Of a stretch of 64,000 nt of DNA, positions 1 to 10,929 are shown in pieces. The notes under the pieces are model-generated. The model saw nothing but the letters and a program-made list of their open reading frames with translations, was not told the origin of the DNA and ran no database searches. Where the stretch lies: NCBI GenBank assembly GCA_040954595.2, contig CM082592.2, positions 1,860,001 to 1,924,000 of the forward strand. The letters run 5' to 3'. A program made the translations under genes and the position numbers. The stretch is from Balanoglossus misakiensis (taxonomy: Eukaryota > Animalia > Hemichordata). Position 1 is the stretch's first letter; each line of letters opens with the position of its first letter.

Positions 1-50
1 GTAGACCCCTTACATTAAGAGTAACTGTACTTAATTTATCAGTCATTTTT

Positions 51-1808
51 TAGGTCCCATTGGTATAGGCCTATATACCATGGGACCTTATGGGATGGGT
101 TGCGTCTGTATGTATGTATGGATGGATGTATGTATGGATGTATGGATGTATGGATGTATGTCTGTATGTCCGTCCACATCAAAAACTTGAAAACTGCTGC
201 GCGTATCACCTCAATATTTGGTGTGTAGGTGCAGGCTGGGCTGTAGATGGGAGTTTGTCCAAACGAAGATGCCAGGCCCAAAAATATGCAAATTAGCTTG
301 TAAAATGTGAAATTGATCAAAACTCTGTAACTCAACAATTACTGGTCAGATTGCTTTGAAAATTGATATGTATGTACCTTATGTCAACCTCACACCGACC
401 TGTAAGTGTTAAGTTGATATCATGGATGTTTTATTTTTTATGAATTTTTTAGTCTTTTTCTTTACTTATACCTCTATGGTTAAGCTATGTCCACGTCTTA
501 TTGTGGAATTCTGGTCTGTGCAATAGTCCTGTACAGTGACTGTCTATTGGCCAGTGAGCACAATGGAGCCAAAATAAAAGGCAAATTTTTGGGCTCACCT
601 GTAACACCTGCTTAACACATTAATTATGTGCATACCTAATTCCGGGCTAATTAATAGGGCTAGAGGTTTCGTTCTTGTTGAACATGGACCAGTATAGGGT
701 CAAAATTTCTTGCCCAAATTTTGCATGACCTTAGGTGACCTTTGACCTACTTTACCATATCTTGGCATCTAGAGCAGGTACAGACTTGGCGTTTGGAGGG
801 TTGGCACTAAAATTGAAAAGCCAAAATTGGGGGTCACCTGTGACACCTGCATATCTCATTAATTATGTGCATACCTAATCCTAGGCTAACCAATAAGGCT
901 ATAGGTTTGGTTTTTGTTGAACATGGACCAGTATAGGGTCAAAATTTCTTGCCCAAATTTTGCATGACCTTAGGTGACCTTTGACCTACTTTACCATATC
1001 TTGGCATCTAGAGCAGGTACAGACTTGGCGTTTGGAGGGTTGGCACTAAAATTGAAAAGCCAAAATTGGGGGTCACCTGTGACACCTGCATATCTCATTA
1101 ATTATGTGCATACCTAATCCTAGGCTAACCAATAAGGCTATAGGTTTGGTTTTTGTTGAACATGGACCAGTATAGGGTCAAAATTTCTTGCCCAAATTTT
1201 GCATGACCTTAGGTGACCTTTGACCTACTTTACCATATCTTGGCATCTAGAGCAGGTACAGACTTGGCGTTTGGAGGGTTGGCACTAAAATTAAAAAGCC
1301 AAAATTGGGGGTCACCTGTGACACCTGCATATCTCATTAATTATGTGCATACCTAATCCTAGGCTAACCAATAAGGCTATAGGTTTGGTTTTTATTGAAC
1401 ATGGACCAGTATAAAGTCAAAATTTCTTGCCCAAATTTTGCATGACCTCAGGTGACCTTTGACCTACTTTATCATATCTTGGCATCCAGAGCAAATACAG
1501 ACTTCGCGTTTGGAGGGTTGGGACTAAAATTGAAAAGCCAAAATATGGGTCACCTGTGACACCTGCATATCTCATTAATTATGTGCATACCTAATTACAG
1601 GCTAACCAATAGGGCTATAGGTTTGGTTTTTGTTCAACATGGACCAGTATAGGGTCAAAATTTCTTGCCCAAATTTTGCATGACCTCAGGTGACCTTTGA
1701 CCTACTTTTCCATATCTTGGCATCCAGAGCAGATATGCTGATTGCTATGTTGCTATGTTCTATGTCCTCAGAGTCAAATGGGACCACAGTGTCCTTGACG
1801 CTATTTTT
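51..1808. mobile_element. Non-autonomous Helentron/DINE(HINE)-like element with internal tandem array
   Basis: 5' palindrome taggtcccat..atgggacctta, then a (TATG/GATG) microsatellite and a 239-bp tandem array. The 3' end has subterminal atgggacc (inverted relative to 5' ggtcccat) plus hairpin agtgtc-ctt-gacgct. Both ends sit in T runs. Confidence 0.65.
575..1733. repeat. Tandem repeat, ~239-bp unit, ~4.8 copies
   Basis: ttgcatgacc recurs at 721, 960, 1199, 1438 and 1676 (period 239/238), with near-identical intervening sequence. Confidence 0.95.
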
Positions 1809-3002
1809 CTTCTGTGTCCTCTTTCTTTTTCGCATCTTCCTATTTCTATCGTCCGCATTTCTTTGTGCTGGTATGACGGTTGGCGACTCCACGGTTAGGT
1901 CCGATGGGTTTTCACGGGTGGTGTCACCTTCGACGTAATACCCGTCGTCGCTGTCGCTGATATGCGCCATTGTATCACTGCTGTTTTCCCCTCGGTCCTG
2001 TTTGTGTTCTTCTGACATTTCTTCTGCAATCGGTTGAGCTGTTTTCCCAACGAAGAAAGACGTTATCTGTTTCTGCGAGTACCTCTGGTCGGAAGGTGCA
2101 GAGTAGTCATGTACCGGTTCAACATTTGAATCCGATGGTTCTGTGACGCATGACGGTGGAATGCTCGATGGCAAGTGTTGAGCTGTGACAGGATTGGTGG
2201 TAACGGGTCCATCTGTCATCTGGTTCTTTGACGGTTGCCTCTCATCACTGCCAGGTATTTGGATCTTGCCCGCTGACATATCGATCATCACATTAACACA
2301 TTCCCTGGCAAGATGACCGGTTTTGGAGCATAATCTGCATATCAATGGGTTGGTGCATTGAAACTGAAGGTGACCAGTTTGCAGACAATTGTTGCAACGT
2401 TTTTGTTGTTCTTTGCTTTGCGAGATAAACAGTCTAGCATGAAAGCTTCCAACTTTGATAAATGTTGATGGTGTTTCCTTCGGTTTTTCAATAAAAACAA
2501 CACGGTCTCCGTTGTAAATGCTCGTAAGTTTTCCGTCTATCCGCCATCTCTGCCTACTGGGTTTGGTTTTGGTCTTGAGACCCAAGCCAACCAAAGCGCT
2601 AATTAAAGCGCTATCGTCTACCGATAACGGAAGGTCTTTTACCGTGATTTTTGTCCAATCTTCGTGCAATTCCCGTCTGAACGGATTCCGATCCCATAAA
2701 TCTACCGATTTGCCTCGAAGGGTCAACCCGTGTTGTACGAGAATCAACTTATCCGCTTCATCTTTTGGGTAAATTCTCCACAACCCACGGATGCGTTGTA
2801 GTCCTTCTATATTCTCAATCGGTACGATTTCAGCTATAGATGTTAGAATTTCTTCACCGCGTAGCCATTGCTTTGTATCAGTCCCTATAACATCGGATTG
2901 TTTCAAGAAGACAACGGCTCGTTTTTCTTCCGCATCAATGCCTTCAGCACCATGGCCCGATTTCAATACATTAGCATAACTTACATTTCCACCGACAGCC
3001 AT
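1686..3002 (-). mobile_element. Non-LTR retrotransposon (L1/Tx1-like) ORF1, gag-like with two CCHC zinc knuckles; 3' truncated
   Basis: 438-aa ORF with CNNCLQTGHLQFQC and CRLCSKTGHLAREC knuckles and an RRM-like N-terminal half. The last ~40 codons read into the adjacent repeat element. No ORF2 follows. Confidence 0.8.
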
Positions 3003-4837
3003 ATTGTACTGTAGTCTTTGTTGTCTAGACTGACGACGAAAACAGAAAGTTCTCTGGAACTCTCAGATAAGTGCGAAAGTGCTTTCAAATGTTCCCAGCT
3101 TGATGTCTGAGTGGTAAGCCAGTGTTCTAAGTAGAACAGAACAGCAAAATTGATACTGGAACGTAAATTTCGAATGAAAATTACCACAGCACTCTGACAC
3201 TGCTTCCGTGGATGACAGATACAGAGCGCCCTCCCCCCAACGCTTTGTTTGGAGTCTACAAAAATGCAGTTTCGAGCCCTTTATTTACAAAATTTTCTAA
3301 ACCCTCCTGCATCATTCTGCACCACATTTCATTTATTACCTGGTTTATCTAGTGTACCAGGGCATAGTACATGCCACCCAACCCCCACCGATGCTAACAA
3401 TACATTGAGTTGATTTGTTTTTGAGTTCCTTAAAATGCAACTTTGAGCTCCGTATTTTACACCCCCTCCCACACTTCTTTTGTTTTACCAATTCTACCAA
3501 CCATTGTATTGACTTATCATATTAATTTATTATTAGATTTCTTTATTGCAACACTATAATGTACTGGAGAGGGTGGAGGATTTGTATATCATGTGTGTTA
3601 CTCTAAATACAAAATATACATTTATCGCATGAATGCCAGCTAAAAAAGCAAATGATATGCTCAATTTTTGTGAATATTTAAGCCCATGTGTAACATCAAT
3701 TTAAATGACAAAAATACTCAAAAAATACAAGTGAGATTTACCATCTTATGTGACAATCTATGTTTGAACATATTTTTCTCAAATCATTAATATAACAGAA
3801 ATTGTTTTCCTCCGCACCATCTGCTAGCATTTTTCTCTCCAAAAATCCCCCATCCCCTTCATTTCATAAATTATGGGGCTAAAGATGTACATGTATTTAT
3901 ATATAATAAGACTATGTTACTGTACATAGCGGTACTTATAATTACGGCTTTTATGTTTTTTGCTACATTTTCTATATGTAAGTGTTCCTCTTTATTTACT
4001 TGGTAAGTACTCTTGTCTCTTGTTGTGCTCCTGGTTCTGTATTAGTAACATCTACCCTTGTGTTGTCCACTTTGCCAACGCATAACCATGCGATTGACAC
4101 AACAAAGCCCTTATACCCATTGCTGGGAATTTTGATCTAACTGGTATCCCCTTGAAGGGAATCTCAAATTTTGTTCATCAATCAAGTGGACACAGGATAT
4201 ACATGATTAACTTTAATAAAGGATTGGTAACATTCAAATAATAAGCCCTGTTTTCTTTATGATACAGACGCTAGTCCTCAGGATGTTTGGGTCCATGTGA
4301 CCCCTTCCTAAAGGGGCCCGCCACAACTATGCATTATAGGCAAAGAGCATTGCATAGCGCCATCTAGTGTTGATAAATTGTATGAACATAAAAATGGTTT
4401 TCATGAACACAAAAAAAGGCTTTATTGAATTTTGCAACACTTGGCTTGAGTTGTAAGTAATGTGATTGGCTTCTTTAGCATTATAATTGAATCAAATAAC
4501 AGGTAATTCAGAACTTTTTTGTTTTGTGTGCTATTTTGTCTTATACCATAAAAAAATAATCTCAAGAACAGCAACTACTAGTATATAGGAACCCCCTCCT
4601 GAGATTTGTGTACTCAGCAAATTCCTGCATGTTTACATAACTGGCTAACTGTTAAAGAGACCAGATGTTCTATTTGGTGTACGTACAGTGCACATGCCAC
4701 TGGCAGCTTATGGTTCAGTCAGTGTTTGCCTGACAATCTCTCTATGTGTGTGTGTGCATCTGTCTGTATATATAACTCTGATGTAGACTTTTTTCTTGTG
4801 TCCCTAAATGGGACCACCATGTCCTTGACGCGATTTT

Positions 4838-5926
4838 TCCAGGTTTCTTATTAAAATTTTGACAATACAACTTTCCTCTGGGAGGCACAGTTATGGTGGC
4901 ACAAGAAAAATGATACCAACAAACTGGGCAATCACAGCCAATCATCCTTTCAAATGAATTTGGTTTGCCACAAACACAGATTGTTTTATCACCACTTGAG
5001 CTTTCATCAAATTCCTGTTGGCTACACATTTCGCATATGTCCATGTACCACTGGGAATATCTGATAAATCAGCACAACTATAATGGTAACTCATGGTACA
5101 GTGACCTTCACACTGTACCATGTTTTCCACCATCGGGTCTACCACACATACACGATATTTCCTCGTTTTTCGTGTGGCAGCTGCTTTCTTCACCCCTTTA
5201 ATTCTTCTATTGTGTATATCTGTTAAATGTTGCAGCCACATTATCACCTCACTTACTGACAACAGTGTTTTTTCTGCCAATTGTCTCACCTTCTGCAGAT
5301 CACTGATCAATTCAGTGTTTTCTTTTGTTGAGGTTTCTAAGGATAATCTAATAACCTCAGATGGGGTTTGGCAAACGTGTATGTAATTACCCTGAGACTT
5401 CCAAACTTTTCTGGTGGCAAGTAATATCCGCTACAAACACCAACACATGCATAACATGTGCTACCACCCCCCCCCCCCCTCATGGCCATTCTGGGTCCTT
5501 CCTTTATGGGTAGGGGAATTCCGGCTATTCATCCAACCATCTTGAAGCAGGGTCTGTGTCTCCCATGCACACAGGATGTGGGCAACCTTGAATCATGCCT
5601 GGCTTGAGGAAAAGGATACATTTATCAGGCAATGGCAAACTAGACTGATGATTGCTGTGATGATGGTGCATCCTCATAATTTTCACGAAATAGTCAAAAA
5701 GCTGGGAATTTGCTGATCTCAGAGCGGCCTTTTCCTTTTTCTTCCCATGGAGGCCTGTGTTTAATGCTTGTCTGCGCTGTTGCAGATGGTTATCTTTGCA
5801 CCCTCTGTGAAGCTTTATGCTACTTTCCCCACATGGAGCTCCAGCAACTGTAGCCATGTATACATCTGTCGCAAGATCTAAATTTTGCACGCCAATGGAA
5901 ATTAATGACCTTTGAACAATACCCAA
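4838..5926 (-). pseudogene. Degenerate gene remnant with two PHD fingers, probably transposon-derived
   Basis: Frameshifted ORF pieces CVCVVDPMVENMVQCEGHCTMSYHYSC and CVCGKPNSFERMIGCDCPVCWYHFSC (C4HC3 pattern); no introns evident. Confidence 0.55.
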
Positions 5927-6019
5927 TGGTCATACCCCCAAAAAATAAATTGAATTGCCCTTGAGAAGCCGTAATGATTATACACTCCACCCAATCTGAC
6001 ACAGTACATAAATTCCTAC

Positions 6020-6390
6020 TTCACTAAAGGTTCTCGAAAGTTTACTTGGGAGCCTGCTACAAATACCATTTGCGAGAACACTGGATGTAAAGATAGTGGG
6101 ATCACCTTTCTGAATAGTCTGAACTTTTTTACTCTCTTCATACTCCTTTCAACATTGATATCCACTCTTGCAATTTTTTTTTTCTTCACTCGGTGTTATT
6201 TTCTCTCTTCCATTTGAAAAGGGAGGAATATTCAGGTCAACGCCACTTTCTGCTAGTGTTTCTTTGAGATAGTGAACCCTCAATCAGCAAGCACAAGATC
6301 CCCTCTGTCTAATTTGTCAAGCAGACCAGATCGCTCAACAATATCAACATCTGATATTGACTCTACATATATGGGGTGAGATCCCCGCCA
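6020..6390 (-). mobile_element. ISL2EU/PIF-Harbinger (DDE_Tnp_4) transposase C-terminal relic
   Basis: Manual minus-strand translation gives SISDVDIVERSGLLDKLDRGDLVLAD*GF..GVDLNIPPF..IARVDINVERSMKRVKKFR..PLSL, with stops and frameshifts. Confidence 0.75.
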
Positions 6391-6565
6391 AAACTAAAAT
6401 AATTCGATTAATGCTTTTTGTTATTTAGTATTATTGACTATTTTTATCATTATTTGCTAAACATTTTATATTCGCATCCATAGGTGCTGATTATTAGCAA
6501 TTATGTGCTCAACTATAAGCAGGTAAACAATTTAGCGCTGGATTTGCCCGGAGAGTTTTCTATTG

Positions 6566-6633
6566 GGTTTCCCCAGACCCTCTTTCTGGAGTTCCCAACG
6601 GAAGAAGCAGAGGGCTCTGGGTAACCGAGACTA
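6566..6633. mobile_element. Solo terminal inverted repeat of the Academ-like MITE family at 51703-52128
   Basis: ggtttccccagaccctctttctggag..gaagaagcagagggctctgggtaaccgagacta is nearly identical to 52061-52128. Confidence 0.8.
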
Positions 6634-7307
6634 GTTTTCAGTAGCGAAGGCACTTACACTATGAGATGTAATTGGTCTCCATTTGCAAACCTGAAGATGG
6701 GGCCTGAGGATACTGAAGTTGGTTGAGCATAGAACAGATCAATGGAAAATATCACCAATGTTTTCAGGCTCAAACTCTATGCATCAGAAAGCCATGAACT
6801 ATCATCTTACAATGATTCAATCGAAAAATCCAAATAACCTGCTGGATTGAGATATTAGCATGAGGCATCACTGGAGAAAATTTCAGAAAAAGCTTTTTTT
6901 GAAACTTCTGTTTATGCCAATTATACCATACGTAGAGTGATCACACTAACAATTACTGTTACACATTACCAGAGTCCAACGAATTTGTCAGCGCAAAGGT
7001 GATTCTCTCTGTAATACCCTCTTCACTAGTTGCATTTTTGGGGAGATACAAGATATTGGCACACATGTTGGCCCTAGCCTAGGCACAGTGCTAGAATAAG
7101 GCCACAGAAGCTTTAGGGGTTAAACCTAAAGGTGGAAGTGAATCTGTGCCAGTGAAGAATGACAACAAATCACCAAGTGAAACTACAACTTCAGTTGATT
7201 CATTCTTGTCCTCATTGGCAATACTTGATTTCACATGCCCTGTGAAAGGTACAGACATTTTTATTCTTGTTAAAAATACAATTACATCAGTTGTGTGTGT
7301 CATATTG

Positions 7308-7746
7308 AACACCTATTGCCTGGCCATGAGGGCCATAGCGGCCGTTTATTACACCCGAGGGGCTGTGAGTTACCAGAATAATATGCTATTTCCCGAGGCC
7401 GCAGGCCGAGGGAAATAGCATATGATTCTGGTAACTCACAGGCACGAGGGAGTAAAAACGGCTGCTATGGCCCGAATATAGGCCAGGCTATAGGTGTTTT
7501 ATAATAAACCTCATGCTAACAGCTGGGAAAATCTTGCAATTTTCTCTTGAGGCTGGCAGACGACATCTTCAACGGTGGCCATTGTGTCAGACGACGCGAC
7601 GCTGATTGACGTGACCACGTTGGTCACGTGACCGGTTTATATTTTTTCTGCTATTTCCCTAGCGGTTCATAGTCGATTCTATTTTCCTATCACGTGACGG
7701 ATTCTGGCGAATCACGGCACAGTATTAGCATGAGGTATATTATAAT
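7308..7746. mobile_element. Double-hairpin (Crypton-like non-autonomous) element
   Basis: ~190-bp palindrome centred on gaggccgcaggccgag, followed by a second inverted pair ataataaacctcatgctaa / ttagcatgaggtatattat. Confidence 0.6.
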
Positions 7747-8870
7747 TGTCTCTATTAGTCTTACTTTAGAATCCAAGGTATGTTCTACTTAAAAAGACAA
7801 ATTCCCTTATTGAGTTGCAGCTCACAGGGCTTTAATGGTTGTTTGGTTGACCGGTACATGTGATACCTCATAAACAGCTGGATTATACTTTGTGCCCTAT
7901 TGAAGATTGACAGAAAACTATTACATATGACAAAAAACACCTCCTCTGCAAGATAATGTGACATCATAGGTAATAATATATGTTGAATGTTTCAGAGGGC
8001 TCTGAAAATTCAAGCATACCATGGAGAATACATCCTCCACGTGTCATCACCATTCAGGATTGAAGTAGACGAACATTTTTGTATTTTATACATCTGATTG
8101 AATACTTGGATCAGGTAGTGATGAATTAGTACTTCAAAGTAACATGAGCATATTTTATTGTGATGACAGATTTGAATTGTGTTCCAAATTGAACTCACCC
8201 TTTTCACATTCATCTAGAAACTCGTACCAATAGTAAATTGTGCTTTCCTCGAGAGTTCGGTCATTTGATCCTCTAGGACTGAAGTTCACATCAAGCTGCT
8301 TGAAATATTGTGTTGATGGTTGTACCAGTCAGGCCACAGAGCCAAACATAACTTGATCCACAAAGTAGAAACTGGGTTTTTGTTGGGGGCAACAAACCTG
8401 AAACAAGTGGGAAAGCAGAAAAATGGTGGGTAGCTGGGGATTGTGGAGGGATTGCAAAAATACTAATATACACAATTTTTAGAATCCTGCATATCAGATA
8501 TCTAAAATGAAGATTTTTGAAGTTTTATTTACCAAATGTGGTGAAATTTGCCGAAAAATAGTGTTGCATATATCAGCACAATTTCATCATGACTTCCTAA
8601 AATCATCTATAGGAGTGGAACCTGTTTGCCAAATTTCAAAGAAAATGATTTTTGACCAAAAACTGAGGAAATTGCCCCAAAAATACAATTATGCAAATTG
8701 CCCTATAATTTGAACAAATCCAACTGCGATCACCCCGGGTGAATTGAACGTGTTAGAGTCTGTATATGGTGCAACAAAATCACTTTCCTGATAATATATA
8801 CGAATATACTCAACACAAATATTTAGCATATGTTCCTTTCTTTCTGTCGGGAAGATGAGTCGAAAACATC

Positions 8871-9536
8871 TCATTGCAACCTCTTTTTCAGTTCCATTGC
8901 CCAGGTCAGCAACTTGTCATGGTCGACACTCTCAAAGGTCAATGTTCTCTGCTTTGTCTTGATCTCGAAAACGCAACAACCTGAAATATAATACAAACAA
9001 ACAACTTCCAATATTTCACGTCTTGACGGAAGACTGCTTTAAATTGAATTTTTTGTCAAGAACATTAAATGTAAATCAATTTAAACCTGTCACTATCATA
9101 GTTCAGTCATAGTCCGTAAAACTCAATTTTGGGAAGATGCGAACTAGCTTGTCCCTATGGTTTGTGAGATATAACTGTCGGAACTACAATTTGGCTGTAT
9201 AAACAGTAGCCCACAGCCAAATAAACCAAACTTTACACTACACTTAACCAAGCTACACTGCAGCTTAGAATTTCGCAAATTAGTGCCTGCATGTACACTA
9301 CCGCTTTGTTGTAAATTGTTGTTTGCTGATGTATGTCACCATACTTTTTGCAGCAGTTGTTTACTGACCTGTGAAGTTGTACATGTTGATGACAGCCACA
9401 TCTTGGAGAGCTATTCTTCTGTGCCTGCCATTTGATTGCCAAGTCAAATACTTCTTGCCACTAATCGGACATCTTTGGATACACAGTTGTGTTTTATACT
9501 TGTATCCCTTGGACGTTCTCTTTGTCAGCCTCACGC
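8871..9536 (-). CDS. Two terminal PKS exons encoding a pleckstrin-homology (PH)-like domain
   Basis: Phase-1 compatible AG/GT exons 9536-9369 (GVRLTKRTSKGYKYKTQLCIQR..KYLTWQS..IALQDV) and 8980-8871 (CCVFEIKTKQRTLTFESVDHDKLLTWAMELKKRLQ*), ending in the PH-type RTLxF..W..L helix. Confidence 0.7.
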
Positions 9537-10134
9537 CTACGAAAAGAGAATCAAAGTGGGAAGAATGGTTATTGGTGTTCTTAGTCTTTGGTGTGATGAT
9601 CTGATATCGACTGCATTGGGCGAATTTAAGTACCCTGTTTATTTGAACCATTTTCTATCAGTAACTCCGTACCCAAACCCTAACCACCAAACAATTGATC
9701 AATCGAGCGATCGATCGACCGATCAATCAATCGTATATCTATCAAAATAGAAAAAAATGCAACTTAAGCCAGCTATCAACCAACCAAGAAATACAATTAT
9801 TAGTCAGTCAGTCAGTCATGCAGTATTCGGTCGGTCAGTAAGTTAGTCATCCAGTCACCTAGTCAATAAGTCAGACAATCATGCATAATTAACAAAATTT
9901 ATGTCTGATGACCTGACATATATCAATGTTCTAACTTTAGCGAAATGGTCAAATTACCTTCTTCCAACTCTGGCCAAGAATGCTGTTTTTCCCCCACCAA
10001 TTTGGACATATTGAGGTGTTCCTGCTCCCCGATGAGTAAATCTATGTTTCCATCATGAGCCAGGTCACCGTTCATAACAACGTGGTCGGTATATTCTTTA
10101 CAGTTAGGTTTCCCAACATCCTGCCTGCCATTAA

Positions 10135-10929
10135 GATGGGTCCCTAGGATCTTTTTGCCCGTTGCTATGGGCCTTTATAGGACATTACACCCCGATTTGG
10201 ACTAAGCCGTTTTCAGAGTCTAACAAGGGGCTGGTAACTAGTTAAAAATACGCACGATTGTGAGCGCGCGCCCCCTGACGCCATTGATATGCAAATTAGC
10301 TAGGTCAAATTTCAAAAGCCTAAGGCTTTTTATTCCGTGACCTCAAAAACGAACTTGATACGTATTCATTAGTTGCTTGAACCAGGGAAGATCGTGACGG
10401 ATTTTGTTTTCGAATATTATCGTTGTATCCTACGATTTCAGCATACCCGTACCACACCTGAAAAAGTCATCGATTTTGGGTGTTTTTGGACGCACTCTTC
10501 CACTGGTATCGCTTCTTAGCACGACGAAAACCGAAAAAACGATCCGTCACACTATGCGGAAGTGCGTTCTCAACAAGCAGGTCAAATTTGGCTGGCCTAC
10601 GTCGCCTGTGAAAAAAGCCTTAGGGATTTTCGTGAACGGTACAAAATCTCTGTGTACAAAACATTGGATTTTTAGCGTTCGATCCAGTTACTGTGGTTAC
10701 AGGACGCGCACGCTATCGCTGACCGCTGCTTTGCCGTATTAGCGTGGCGGCCTATGGCCGGGCGGTAGCTGCCGTAAACATACTCAGACAGGGGGTGTGC
10801 ACACAATCGTGTGTATTTTTAACTAGTTACAAGCCCCTTGTCGGACGTTCATAACGGTTTCGATCAAAATTGAGTGTAGTGTCCTATAAAGGCCCATAGC
10901 AACGAGCAAAAAGATCCTAGGGACCCATC
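10135..10929. mobile_element. Kolobok-like non-autonomous DNA transposon inserted in the PKS exon
   Basis: TTAA at 10131-10134 and 10930-10933; long TIR gatgggtccctaggatctttttgcccgttgctatgggcctttataggaca with GA..TC termini. Removing it restores the PKS frame. Confidence 0.85.

Noticed and set aside
575-1733. Regular repeat array as possible CRISPR
   Set aside because: Head-to-tail identical units with no unique spacers, no cas genes, and a eukaryotic context.
6700-8420. Possible further decayed transposon coding sequence (SWIM-like)
   Set aside because: Could not recover convincing motifs by eye.
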